From positions 1 to 42,546 of the IMG/VR virus record IMGVR_UViG_3300020161_003555: DNA of 42,546 bases, one strand, 5' to 3'. The position numbers and the translations under genes were made by a program. Position 1 is the stretch's first letter. Every line of letters starts with the position of its first letter. Shown piece by piece: positions 17,030 to 28,200 of the stretch. Under the pieces are notes generated by a model. That model worked only from the letters and a program-made list of their open reading frames with translations. It had not been told where the DNA came from and searched no databases. The DNA is from a virus. Taxonomy: Duplodnaviria; Caudoviricetes.

Positions 17030-19645
17030 ATGCCGACGATTACATTAAATGGGATTCCTATTTCTGATGAACAATGCATTGGAGATTCTTTGGAAATTAT
17101 TAACAGCGCTTTTCAAAGCATTTCTGCTAATTCTAATTTAGCAGCAGGAGATATAAATAGATTGTATAGTGCAACTAGTGTACTATCTACCACCAATGTA
17201 TTTGTCGTAGCTACTTCAGCATGTAATTTATTACCTATTCACAGGAACGGTATTATTCTTTTAAATAATACAACTCCAACTACCATAACAAAAACTGGTA
17301 GTTTTGAAGTAGGACATCGCACCGTTTTTATACAAGTAAACACAGGAAAATGCATGTTTCAATCGTCTCATTTCAACGGACTAGATAGCAATACAGCCAT
17401 CCTTGGTCGTTATGGAGTAGTTACTGCAGTTTATACAGGATCTACATTTGGCTGGGTAATTGAAGGAGATCTTAAATCAGCTACAGATCCAATTGTTTTA
17501 ATTGGTTTAGTTGCTTCAGCAGCTCCTGGAACAGAAGACCCAATTAACGGAATTTCTATTACTGGACAAATTGCTGATACTTTTTATTACTATCCAGATG
17601 ATACTCCTGGTATAACCCCAGCAGAACCAATGGACATTTATGTCAATGGGTTTTACAGATCGACTGTAGATTTTCAATTGGAAAAATTAGGAACAACTTT
17701 TGGTTATAAACTTGCTGGACATTCAGGAACAGAACCTCAAGTAACAAGCAAATATAAAGAAGGAAGAATAGACCTCCAAATTGAAGGTGGCAATCCTGTA
17801 TTTAGAAGCCTTGCTGCCACTCCAACTCCTGGTTCGGAAGATATAGCAAATGCTGTATCCATAACAGGAAAAGATGCCGATGTCATATATTATTATGCTA
17901 TGCCATCTCCAACACAAATGCAAACAACAATGCATATTTATGTGAATGGATTTTTTAGAACTACGGTCGATTTTCCAAAAGACAGAGTCGGTACTCAATT
18001 TGGATACAAAACATCAACATGGGTTGGTGGAGCTCAAGTAAACGGGATTTTTGCGGATGATGCAAATGTGTATTTAACTATACCGGGAGTCTCTCTACCT
18101 AGCGTTACTGAAATAGTATCAACTACATCCCCTGGTACAGAAAACGGAGAACTAAGAGTGGCTATTACAGCAACCACCGGCAGTCATTTAGACACCATTG
18201 CAGTATTTCCATGGCCCGGCCAATCTATTAGCCCTCGCGTTGCTGATATAAAAGTAGATGGTACTGTTAGAACTCGTATTGAATTTACTGCTGATAGAAT
18301 AGGAACCAAGTTTTGGTATCGATTAGCTGGGGGTACTCTCGGAACATATTTAGCAGAATACACTTTTCCTAATATATTAGAAGGAGATGTCGGAGTTATA
18401 GATTTAGGTCCGTCTGGAGCAATACTTCCTACAAGAACTCCTTTACCAACTAACGTTCCTTCTCCGACACCTAAGCCAACAAATACTCCGACTCCTACTC
18501 CACCTCCGACACCTGCCGTAACACAAACCTTGTTTTATTTGACAGCAACTCCTGCAGTAAACGGAGGAACAGATGATGACTTTAATGCTATTAACATAAG
18601 AAGTGTTATATTAACAAATGCTTACAATGATACTATTTCTTATGGCACAATTACATTAGCTAATTCTACTCCTGCAGATCCCATGGATATTTTTGTAAAC
18701 GGTGTACATCGTACTACTGTTGATTTTCCTGAAGGCAGAACTGGCACGGCATTTAGTTATAAGTTAGTTGGTACTAATTCAATTGTTAGTGGTGTGTTTA
18801 CGTCCGGACAAGTAAATTTAACTATAACAGGTGGACCTACGCCTACTCCATACCCAACAGGTACTCCGTGGCCAACAAATACACCATTTCCAACACAAAC
18901 TCCTGGTCCAACAGCTACTCCTGCTCCAACTCCTGGTGTATTTTATTTAACAGCTACTCCATCTATTGGTGGTGGTACAGATGATGACATCAATTTAATG
19001 AATTTCAGAAGTGTTGTTGCTGGAAGTCAGTACAACGATACTTTATCATATAATCCAATTGCACTACCAAACCAAACTGCTGCGTCCCCAATGGATATTT
19101 ACGTTGATGGTGTGCATCACACTACGTTAGATTTCCCTCTAGCTCGAGTTGGGACCTCATTTGGTTATAGACTAGTGGGTCAGTTCAATTTTATAACAGG
19201 CACGTTTGCAGAAGGCAGAGTTGACCTTGTAACCGTAGGACCGACTTCTACTCCGTTTCCGACTCAAACTCCTTACCCAAGTCAAACCCCTGCACCAACT
19301 TCACCTCCTCTTGGTACCCCGACTTTAGCTCCGCAGTGGAATTGGGCAATGGTTGCTACTACTCCGGTTGAAGATAACTTTACTGGAGAAAATACACCTG
19401 AAGGTATTCAATTTACCGCATTTTATCAAAATGATGTATTTTACGGTCAAACCGGTCCTGGCACGAATCCAACACCAGCTATAATGTACGTTAATATTAA
19501 TGGTATATTAAGAGGTGCGGTATTCTATACTAAAGATAGAGATGGTTCTCCGTTCGGTTACAAACTTAGTACAAGGAATTCTACAACATACCAAGTTTCT
19601 GGAATATTTGCTGACGGAACAACTGCTTCGTTGAATACTCTTTAA
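17030..19645 (+). CDS. Fibre/adhesin with N-terminal anchor, knob-like domain and six ~95-aa repeats with Pro/Thr linkers (871 aa)
   Basis: N-terminal CIGDSLEIINSAF; ...GWVIEGDL domain; recurring M-x-IYVNG-x-x-RTTVDF...G-T-x-FGYKL; three PT-rich linkers. Confidence 0.75.
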   Translation: MPTITLNGIPISDEQCIGDSLEIINSAFQSISANSNLAAGDINRLYSATSVLSTTNVFVVATSACNLLPIHRNGIILLNNTTPTTITKTGSFEVGHRTVFIQVNTGKCMFQSSHFNGLDSNTAILGRYGVVTAVYTGSTFGWVIEGDLKSATDPIVLIGLVASAAPGTEDPINGISITGQIADTFYYYPDDTPGITPAEPMDIYVNGFYRSTVDFQLEKLGTTFGYKLAGHSGTEPQVTSKYKEGRIDLQIEGGNPVFRSLAATPTPGSEDIANAVSITGKDADVIYYYAMPSPTQMQTTMHIYVNGFFRTTVDFPKDRVGTQFGYKTSTWVGGAQVNGIFADDANVYLTIPGVSLPSVTEIVSTTSPGTENGELRVAITATTGSHLDTIAVFPWPGQSISPRVADIKVDGTVRTRIEFTADRIGTKFWYRLAGGTLGTYLAEYTFPNILEGDVGVIDLGPSGAILPTRTPLPTNVPSPTPKPTNTPTPTPPPTPAVTQTLFYLTATPAVNGGTDDDFNAINIRSVILTNAYNDTISYGTITLANSTPADPMDIFVNGVHRTTVDFPEGRTGTAFSYKLVGTNSIVSGVFTSGQVNLTITGGPTPTPYPTGTPWPTNTPFPTQTPGPTATPAPTPGVFYLTATPSIGGGTDDDINLMNFRSVVAGSQYNDTLSYNPIALPNQTAASPMDIYVDGVHHTTLDFPLARVGTSFGYRLVGQFNFITGTFAEGRVDLVTVGPTSTPFPTQTPYPSQTPAPTSPPLGTPTLAPQWNWAMVATTPVEDNFTGENTPEGIQFTAFYQNDVFYGQTGPGTNPTPAIMYVNINGILRGAVFYTKDRDGSPFGYKLSTRNSTTYQVSGIFADGTTASLNTL
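17501..19642 (+). repeat. Six diverged protein-level domain repeats (approx. 17501-17782, 17801-18082, 18110-18406, 18530-18826, 18938-19230, 19343-19642)
   Basis: Aligned by eye; copies 4 and 5 are closest (FYLTATP-x-x-x-GGTDDD...YNDT-x-SY...PMDI-x-V-x-GVH-x-TT-x-DFP). Boundaries approximate. Confidence 0.85.
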
Positions 19646-19677
19646 TAGAACTTTATTGTTATTCCGATTTTTCTGAA

Positions 19678-19683
19678 TAAATA
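19678..19683 (+). promoter_or_regulatory. Late promoter core TAAATA
   Basis: 5 nt before GTG 19689. Confidence 0.65.
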
Positions 19684-19688
19684 ATAAT

Positions 19689-20189
19689 GTGGCAATTAAA
19701 ATACCAAATTTAAAACTAGTTGCAGATCAATACGCTGTAAAGCAGTATGTATTTAAAGATTTGCATTTAGATTTTGCTAAAGAGTATAACTTTGATCAAA
19801 CATCTCATACTAAGATTGATGCAAACGACATACAGGTCGACTTTGATTTAAAAGCCATAACCAATTCGCTTAAAAATTTATTTAATACCAAGCCCGGTCA
19901 ACGTTTTTTGTTTCCTAAATACGGTTTGGATTTGAATCAATTTTTATTTGAACCAATAACTAAAGTGAATGCACGAGACATTGGCGAAAAAATTGTACGG
20001 TCAGTGAGAGAATTTGAACCACGCGTTGTTGTACAAAATTGCAACGTAACTCCTTTGTATGACGATAATGAATATGATATAGATTTAACTATGTTATTTC
20101 CGACATTTAATACCAGCTTTACTTTAAATGGACTCCTTAACACAACAGCACAAACTTTTATAGTAGCTGAAACTTCCAGAACAAGATGA
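19689..20189 (+). CDS. gp25: Baseplate wedge subunit gp25-like
   Basis: FKDLHLDF, AITNSLKNLFNTKPGQR-x-x-x-P-x-YG-x-x-L-x-x-x-LFEP and FEPRV motifs. Confidence 0.92.
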   Translation: MAIKIPNLKLVADQYAVKQYVFKDLHLDFAKEYNFDQTSHTKIDANDIQVDFDLKAITNSLKNLFNTKPGQRFLFPKYGLDLNQFLFEPITKVNARDIGEKIVRSVREFEPRVVVQNCNVTPLYDDNEYDIDLTMLFPTFNTSFTLNGLLNTTAQTFIVAETSRTR

Positions 20190-22024
20190 TAAACCCCGAT
20201 ACAATTACAGCAGATTATTCCACTATACCTAAAAACAGCTACGCTGCTTTTGATGCTATATCTATAAGAAATTTAATCATCGAACGACTCAATGATAAGC
20301 AAATTTTTACGGATCAAAATTATATTGGATCAAACATTTCATCCATTATTGATATAGTTTCGTATGCTTTTAACACGTTATTGTTTTATCTTAACCGCAC
20401 AAGCACAGAGTCAATGTTTTCTGAAGCTCAATTGTATGAAAACATTAACAGAATAGTTAAATTATTGGATTATAAGCCTATAGGTTATCAAACTTCAACT
20501 TTATCTTTTCAAGTATCTGCAGACAACACTATGCAAGCGTATGGTAATTTTTTTACTATACCAAGATATTCATATCTCATAGTAGGAGGAGTACCATTTT
20601 CATTCAACGAAGATATATCATTTTCTATTCCAAAAGGCACAACAGCTCCAATTGAACTAACTACTATTTCAAACAACAAATTATTATATCAAGGAGTATT
20701 TAAAGAAAGCCCAGTTGTCGTATCTACAGGGGAAGCTAATGAATTAGTCGTATTAAATTCAGCTAATTCAAACATAGATCATTTTAATGTGCACGTATAT
20801 GTATATGAATCTAAAAAACAAAAATGGGTTCAATATTATGAAACTCAAAGTTTGTACACCGAGCCTCCATATGCAGCAGTATTTGAAAGAAGATTAAATT
20901 CAGATAAGTTGTACGAGATAACATTTGGAGATAGTATTACGGGACGTAAATTAGACGCTGGAGATAAAATTATTATATATTCTCTTCAGAGTTCCGGTAC
21001 ACAAGGGGTAATTGGTCCACTTACTTTACAAAACATTAAAGGCGGTTCGGTTTACGATACTGCAACATTTAATCAAATATATCCAGACATAAAACAAGAA
21101 CAATCGTCTGTAGTATTAAATGGCGTGTCTTTTCAAAAATTAAAATTTAATAATACTGCAGGTTCAACTATTCCTAAAGAAATTGAGTCTGCAGATAGCA
21201 TAAGAAAGAACGCTCCTTCTAATTTTAAAAGCCAATACAGGTTAGTTACACAAAAAGATTTTGAAACATATATTAAAATTAACCATGATAATTTTATAGC
21301 AGACGTAAAAGTATTAAACAATTGGGAGTATATGTCATTGTATTTAAAATACTTTAATGACATACAAGTAGCTCCTACTTCCTTTCAGCAAATTGCATTT
21401 AATCAAATACAATATGCTGATGCTTGCAATTTTAATAACGTTTATATTTGTGCAATACCAAAAGTTTCATTGTTTTCCGCCTTAAAATATTTACTTCCAG
21501 CTCAAAAAGAAAATATATTATCATCCGTCACTCCCGTAAAAATGCTGACTACGGAAGTCACGTTTTTGGATCCTATTTTTAAAGCAATTAGCATTGGGAT
21601 GGAAACTACTAATAACAGTTTAGATGTAAATGATACTAATTTTTGTAGATTGGAGTTGGTAAAAACTCCAGGAAGTAATAGAACAAATCAAAGTATTATA
21701 GCCGAAGTCGCAACAATATTTCAAACTGCGTTTGATAGCCAACAACAAACATTAGGAGCCGTATTTGATTTTAGTAAACTTACTGCATTAGTACTTCAAG
21801 TAGATGGTATTTCCCAAATAAATACTACTCGTGTTGATACAAATGAAACAGTTTCTGGAATTTCATTTTTTGTTTGGAATCCTACGTATCCAACATTAGA
21901 TAGAGCTGTGGTAAAAAACAACTTGGTTCTCAAGCCTTTTGAATTTTTGTATTTTAACAACTTGAATAGCATAAGCGAAAGACTTATTGTTACAGAAAGT
22001 GCCACAAACAACATTAAATTCTAA
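20186..22024 (+). CDS. gp6: Baseplate wedge subunit gp6-like
   Basis: FTD-x-NY-x-GSN, ESMFSEAQLYENI-x-x-IVK-x-L-x-YKP, YEITFGD-x-x-x-G, ESADSIRKNAP...Q-x-RLVT-x-x-DF; ATGA-coupled to gp25. Confidence 0.9.
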   Translation: MINPDTITADYSTIPKNSYAAFDAISIRNLIIERLNDKQIFTDQNYIGSNISSIIDIVSYAFNTLLFYLNRTSTESMFSEAQLYENINRIVKLLDYKPIGYQTSTLSFQVSADNTMQAYGNFFTIPRYSYLIVGGVPFSFNEDISFSIPKGTTAPIELTTISNNKLLYQGVFKESPVVVSTGEANELVVLNSANSNIDHFNVHVYVYESKKQKWVQYYETQSLYTEPPYAAVFERRLNSDKLYEITFGDSITGRKLDAGDKIIIYSLQSSGTQGVIGPLTLQNIKGGSVYDTATFNQIYPDIKQEQSSVVLNGVSFQKLKFNNTAGSTIPKEIESADSIRKNAPSNFKSQYRLVTQKDFETYIKINHDNFIADVKVLNNWEYMSLYLKYFNDIQVAPTSFQQIAFNQIQYADACNFNNVYICAIPKVSLFSALKYLLPAQKENILSSVTPVKMLTTEVTFLDPIFKAISIGMETTNNSLDVNDTNFCRLELVKTPGSNRTNQSIIAEVATIFQTAFDSQQQTLGAVFDFSKLTALVLQVDGISQINTTRVDTNETVSGISFFVWNPTYPTLDRAVVKNNLVLKPFEFLYFNNLNSISERLIVTESATNNIKF

Positions 22025-22026
22025 TA

Positions 22027-25000
22027 ATGAATTTACAATTTTCCATATCTCCAGATAAAAAAGAAAATGATAGATACGTAGGCGATGTGTATGCCACAGA
22101 ATTCTCATTTACTAAAACTACGTTGCCTTCCTATATAAATTTGACATGGGATTTTGGTGATGGGAATTATGCTTATAATGAACCAAAAGTTTCCCACACA
22201 TATAACTATCCGGGAATTTATACAGTAAGTTTGTCGGCTTGGTCTCCTCTAGGAGAGCTCGTAACGACATATGATTTTGTTGATGTAGATTACGTTTATA
22301 GAGATGCTATCCGAATCACTAATTTGCCAAAAACTTGGAGCGTTCCTGGTGTTTATTCGGATGAACCATTTTACGTTAGTCTAACTTCTGCTAAAATAGA
22401 TCAGCCGCTGTCGATTGTTTTGCATTCGTTAAATTCTAAATCCCAGCCACATGATGCTTCTGATAGCAAATGGAATTTTTTAAATCCGAGATGGAGATTT
22501 ATTAATGCCCAAACAGGCAACATAGTAACAGGACCAGTTCAACTCTCTTCTGTTCCTTTGTATAAAAACGGCACTGTTGTAGCAGTAAGCTCTATAGCTG
22601 CTTTTTATTACATTGATGATAGTCCAACTATTACAGAAACACCAGCTTGTCCTGTAATTGTAATGGCTACTTTAAGTACTGAGAATTTTTCGTATCCGCC
22701 CGAATCTTTAATTTATCCATACTATAGTTACAGCAATAATGAAATGGTACAATCAATGGTTATATGGGAAACCAAAAACGTTGTTCCCACTACTTTAAAA
22801 GTTACTGAAAATTTTCTTAATGAAGTATATAGTGTAAAATGGACTGGAATACCAATTCCGGTAATGATAAATTGTACTTTTGATCCTACGTTTTTAACTA
22901 CATTTGAATATGTTAGTGGTGCATCTGAATCAAACGTATTTGCATACCCAAAAACAAACGAAATTGGGTCCTTGCGTTCTGTTGATATTAAATTGCATGG
23001 TTATTCTCCTGACGAATATACTGTCGATAAATCTTTATATTTTCAGCACTCAGATGCAAACGGAAATCCAATAGGAGGTTATATTTTTACAACTATAACA
23101 CCTTTAATTTCAAGTAAAAACCTTACTACGTTTGTTACAGCTAGTACCGTTGCAGTAAACAATGTTACCAAATTAAACGAATTTCCTTTTCCTAATAGTT
23201 ATCCTATCGAACCAGTAGCGTTTGTTTCTCATCCATACGAAAACAACATTAATAAAATTCAATTAGCTTCTTATGATCCTGACTGCCCAAGTGCTAAACG
23301 ATATAAAGCAGCTGGATTTCTTGCTGATGGTTTTATTAATTGCATTAGTGTTCCTCCACTCGAAACCACAAATACAGATAATTTAGAAGTATCTGGAACT
23401 TCCAATATATATGGGTTATCTTACAATCCAATAACACAAACGCTTTACGGAGCAGATGCTGATAAAAATACAATATGTGCCATTAATTCCAAAGAACAAA
23501 TTACGACCACTGTGTATATTTCCGCAACAACTCATAACCAATATGATACTCCATCTTATGTATCTATTGATAGTGATCACAATGTGTGGGTATCTTTGCA
23601 TGATAGTAGTCTTATATTAAAATACGATCAGACATTGCAGACCGTATTAGCATCAGCTACTCCGGTATTAAATGCATTTAATATACTGGACGATGAAGGA
23701 GAGCCTATTTTTGAAACGTCTTTAGTAGAAACTGATAGGAACAATAACGTGTGGGCTTGTTATTCTCATCCTGTAAGTAGTTTAATTGTAAAATATGATT
23801 CCATGGGAATGCAATTGACTAGTTATAATTTAGGATACAATAGTTTGCCTGTCAGCACGACAATTGACAAACAAAACTCTTTATGGGTTGCTTGTTTAAA
23901 TGCTAATCAAGTTAAATGTTTTAGCTCTGCTGGAATGTTGTTAAGTTCGTATGAATTTTTAAAACCAAGTTACGTAGCCGTAGATAGAAAAAACAATGTA
24001 TGGGTTCTTCATGGTAACAATATATGTAGTACTATTAATACTCAAACAGCTAAAGTTAGTTCATGGGAGATAGACACAAGCATAAAACGTAAATTTTTAA
24101 TTTCTACAGAACACATAAAATTATCATCATATTCTGATTTAGAAATTTACAAAGCCAAATCAGAAAATGAAATATGGGGAGGTTTAGCTGTTGATGTGTT
24201 TGATCGTGTTTGGATGATAGATTCTCAATACAACAATATTGGCGTATTTCCTACATACACTCACGCCCCAGAATCTTTTAATGTGTTTGGTGTAGCTCCT
24301 CGAGTATCTAATAATTTTGCCATAAAAACAGGAACTAATTATACCACAAAAATTACTTCATCAGTAGCTAGGTCTGCTCAAGCTGCTGGAGATTGGACTG
24401 GAAATAGATGGTATCAAAAATACGCAACCAAATATTTTACTACAACTATATCAGGGTCATCTAATGAATTTAAAGTTAACAATCTGGATAACGTATTTTC
24501 TATTATCAAAGTTAATGATGATTTTAATTGCGGAGCGTATTTAAAATCTCTAGCATTACCTGAAATTTTATCTCAAAATACTTTGCTGTGGGATAGCTTT
24601 TTGCCATCCGTTGTAGGAAGTGGTGATGTAACAAAACAAGATTTGGGTAGAACTACATACGAAAAAATAGCTAATTTTACAACTAACCACTCTGACGTCG
24701 ATACGGTAGGAATAACTCAGTTGCATTCGTTAGCTGACCAACTAGACGTTGGTAGTAAACGTTTTGGTGCAGATTTTCCTGCTGAAATACAAGAGTCTCT
24801 TGGTTTATTTTCTATTCCTCGAAAAAATTTATTTGGAACTAAAGTTTATGATCCTGACGTAGCAAATACTATTGGTACCATTATAACCTTAACAGACAAC
24901 ATTTCCGCTGGAGAGTATTTGTATGCTAAAGACAGAAAATATGATACGTATCAATTGATATATGCTACGAGAGAAACTAATCAAAATTCAACATATGCTT

Positions 25001-25227
25001 TGTCAGCAATTAACGTTGATGGGTTAAGAGAACCAATTCACGACAATTATTATTTCTTTAGATATAATGAAAGTTATATTGGATACTCTTCGTCCGTTAT
25101 TGATTGGACATCAAAGTATAATAGCATTGACAGAGAAGAAGCAATGGAACGAGATTGGTATAGTTCTGATGAAATTGTAGAACTATATTTTAACAATCTC
25201 CTTACGAAACGGCTATTTGGCAAATAA
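22027..25227 (+). CDS. Baseplate wedge gp7-like protein with N-terminal PKD domain and central beta-propeller (1066 aa)
   Basis: WDFGDG...HTY-x-x-PGIYTVSL (PKD); repeated ID-x-x-x-NVWV blades; C-terminal DVDT-x-x-x-x-x-LHSLA-x-x-L similar to the gp7/gpI core; follows gp6. Confidence 0.6.
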   Translation: MNLQFSISPDKKENDRYVGDVYATEFSFTKTTLPSYINLTWDFGDGNYAYNEPKVSHTYNYPGIYTVSLSAWSPLGELVTTYDFVDVDYVYRDAIRITNLPKTWSVPGVYSDEPFYVSLTSAKIDQPLSIVLHSLNSKSQPHDASDSKWNFLNPRWRFINAQTGNIVTGPVQLSSVPLYKNGTVVAVSSIAAFYYIDDSPTITETPACPVIVMATLSTENFSYPPESLIYPYYSYSNNEMVQSMVIWETKNVVPTTLKVTENFLNEVYSVKWTGIPIPVMINCTFDPTFLTTFEYVSGASESNVFAYPKTNEIGSLRSVDIKLHGYSPDEYTVDKSLYFQHSDANGNPIGGYIFTTITPLISSKNLTTFVTASTVAVNNVTKLNEFPFPNSYPIEPVAFVSHPYENNINKIQLASYDPDCPSAKRYKAAGFLADGFINCISVPPLETTNTDNLEVSGTSNIYGLSYNPITQTLYGADADKNTICAINSKEQITTTVYISATTHNQYDTPSYVSIDSDHNVWVSLHDSSLILKYDQTLQTVLASATPVLNAFNILDDEGEPIFETSLVETDRNNNVWACYSHPVSSLIVKYDSMGMQLTSYNLGYNSLPVSTTIDKQNSLWVACLNANQVKCFSSAGMLLSSYEFLKPSYVAVDRKNNVWVLHGNNICSTINTQTAKVSSWEIDTSIKRKFLISTEHIKLSSYSDLEIYKAKSENEIWGGLAVDVFDRVWMIDSQYNNIGVFPTYTHAPESFNVFGVAPRVSNNFAIKTGTNYTTKITSSVARSAQAAGDWTGNRWYQKYATKYFTTTISGSSNEFKVNNLDNVFSIIKVNDDFNCGAYLKSLALPEILSQNTLLWDSFLPSVVGSGDVTKQDLGRTTYEKIANFTTNHSDVDTVGITQLHSLADQLDVGSKRFGADFPAEIQESLGLFSIPRKNLFGTKVYDPDVANTIGTIITLTDNISAGEYLYAKDRKYDTYQLIYATRETNQNSTYALSAINVDGLREPIHDNYYFFRYNESYIGYSSSVIDWTSKYNSIDREEAMERDWYSSDEIVELYFNNLLTKRLFGK

Positions 25228-25230
25228 GTA
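25225..25230 (+). promoter_or_regulatory. Variant late promoter core TAAGTA overlapping the upstream stop codon
   Basis: 9 nt before GTG 25240. Confidence 0.45.
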
Positions 25231-25239
25231 ATAATAATT

Positions 25240-28200
25240 GTGGAATTAAATCAATTAACTCAGCAGTCTAAAAGTGAAATGGATGTAGATGCTCCGTATT
25301 CTTTTTTAGAATGGAGACAAAGAAACGCAGGGTATACTGAAAATTCATATTCTCAGTATGTAGCTGATTGGTTTGTTGCCCACCAACATAAGCCAATAGC
25401 AAAAAAATTGCTAACGAGACAAAAATACTTGTATATGTTAGATCAATTACAAGTATTTTTTACTGACGAAGAACAACAAAATTGGTACAGCAAAATAAAC
25501 ACAGCTGATGAAAAAGAATTGTTATTAGGTATTCCGTTTTTTGCTAAAAAGCTTAAAAACATTACTTTGTATTATTTAAAATTACGTAAAAAACTTAAAA
25601 ATACAAAAGTAAAATACAATTTAATTGGTTCCAAGGAAGGTCTTGAATCTGAAATTAGACAAAGGTTAATGGAAGTGTTTACAGATTTAAATGTGGAATT
25701 AGTTCCATCTTTATACAACAGCGTTCCTAGTTTAACAAGTATTAGTCAAACTTTAAATGTTGAATTGGAAGAATTGTATGACGATACGGTATATTTTGAT
25801 AGATCTCCTACCGCCCCGTTGTCTAGTTATATTGACATACTGCATGAGCCCACAGCTGAATTATTTAGAACTAAAGGATTAACTCTTTCTTCTGATAGTT
25901 GGGTTTTCAATGCGTTAGGGGTTCCTGACTACAAAGACATAGATACATACGTAGCTACTCTTACTGGAATAATTTTTGAAACTACAGATGCTGCTTTATA
26001 TGAATCTTTTATCCAAAAATTTTTAGGAGAACACCGACTACAAACTACTTTTAATTCAGCTAGTAGCATATTGACTGAATATAATATTACTTTATTGTCG
26101 GGCAACAATTATGGTTATTTTCCCAACGGAATAGTAGATCCGACAATAAAAATAGATTATGTGTTAGATACAATTCCTTTAAGTTCCCATGTGCCTTTAT
26201 TTGGAACGGCTTCTACTATAATCGAAGGAGCAGATACATTGTTTGTTAAGGTAGGAAATAAAGTAAAAGGAGCTTGGTTACGGTATAGACAATTTGATGA
26301 TCACCAAAAAACATTAGAAGCTCACATTAAACCTAATTCAGTAACTTCTTTTATTTTTCCTTATCCAGGCTACGGGTTGTCTGCAGAAGATATAGAATGG
26401 ACTGGTAATAGTTTATCCGCAACATATGAATATGATTTCTTATCCGAGGATTACAAGCAAAGCGTTTCCAATGAGTATTGGAATCAAGTATTACCTGAAG
26501 ACACAATTGTTCCTTTATTAATCAATAATACAACTTTGGCTGAAAAAGGATCAGTTCCAAGCAAAAACCCAAACCACGCGGATCAAATTTTAATAACTAA
26601 CACTAAACCAGTAGATGTGTTTTTCTCTCCTGGAGTTGGCGAAATTGGTACGTGGTTGTACAAATTTGATAAAACATCAATTGCTGTTACTAATAGTTTA
26701 CATGATACTTCTGTGACAGTTTGGCCATATGAAAACATATTACAAGCTGAAGATTTTCCTATTAAATTTCAAGGTTATAATTTTGAAAATATCTGCGAAC
26801 CAATTTTACTACAAAATTTAAATGTACCTTTTGCTGTTGCTGGAGACACAATAGACAACTCAGAAAAAATTTATAAATTAAGTCGTTACAACGATTCAAT
26901 AGCAAATGCTTTAGAATGTTGCTGGTTGTCTGGTAATACAAACACAAACGGAACAAACGCATGGATTTCCCAACGAGGGTTTTCTGGTTTATTTTCTCCA
27001 AATACCCCAGCTAGATTTATTTGGACTGGAGCAGATAATACTCCGTTGAGTAGCGTATTTAGGTTTGTTTATCATTCAAACGATTGTTTATTTAAAACAG
27101 AACCAACAACTACCGACCCCAACAGCTGCAGTTGCAAACAAGTTTATTATTCTCCATACGGACACCCAGGAGAAACTTTTAACAAATACAATTCAAGAGC
27201 AGACTATGTTGTTGTTGATAGCACGTCAGCTTTAGATGTGTTTGATTTAGGTTCATGGGCAGATAGTAAAAATGAATCGTGGACAACTTCGTCAGAATTT
27301 GCTTGGTTTAATACAAATGTTAAACAAAGCTGGGGAGATGGTCAATGGGTGTGCAACAACAAAAGCATCAAACCTTTTACATTAAAAACTGGAAAATCAT
27401 ATGTTTACAACCGAACCGATTCAAGGGACGGAACTACATATCCTCCTTATTCTGTTAATTTTAAATTAGCATTACCATCAATTCCAAACGTTGAATGGAT
27501 ACAAGCAAAAAAAACCGAAGATCAAAATTGGGTTTCTGTAGACAAAAAAGCTCAGATGCAATTGAATCCCGGAGATTTTATAAAATGGCAAAGAAAAAAT
27601 ACTACTGTTAGTTATTTGATGTCAGCTTATGATGTTGAAAATACCACAAAAAATCTCAGCAGTATATGGGCAACATACGATTCAATTGTAGTAGGAGAAT
27701 CTCTCATGGGTTCCACAAACGTGTCCGTTCCTTTCGCATTAGAACTTACGAGTAACACTCTTAATAATACCCAGTTGCCAACAATTAGTGCTGGTAAATA
27801 TCTTACGTTTACTGATATAAACAAAGTTTATTGGTGGAAATTTACTAACACCAGCAATCCAAGCAGCACTCCGTTTTATATATATGAAAGCCAAATTGCA
27901 TCATTTACTCCCTCTGTAACTGGTACATACCATGTAGCTTTGTCAGCATCATTTAACACTAATACGTATATTACAAGTGGCGGTGACATTATATTTGAGA
28001 CTAAAGACAAGTATTTTGACCACACAGTTATTCCGCCAATTTATGCTATACCAAAATACAGCAAAGCAATAAAACCCGTAAAATTTGAAACTCCAACAGG
28101 CGGATTTATAATAGAACAAAATTTGACTGGATGGAACTATAATACAAAATCATATGATTATGTTTCTCCTGGAGCTAAACCATTCTGGGCAACGCTGCAT

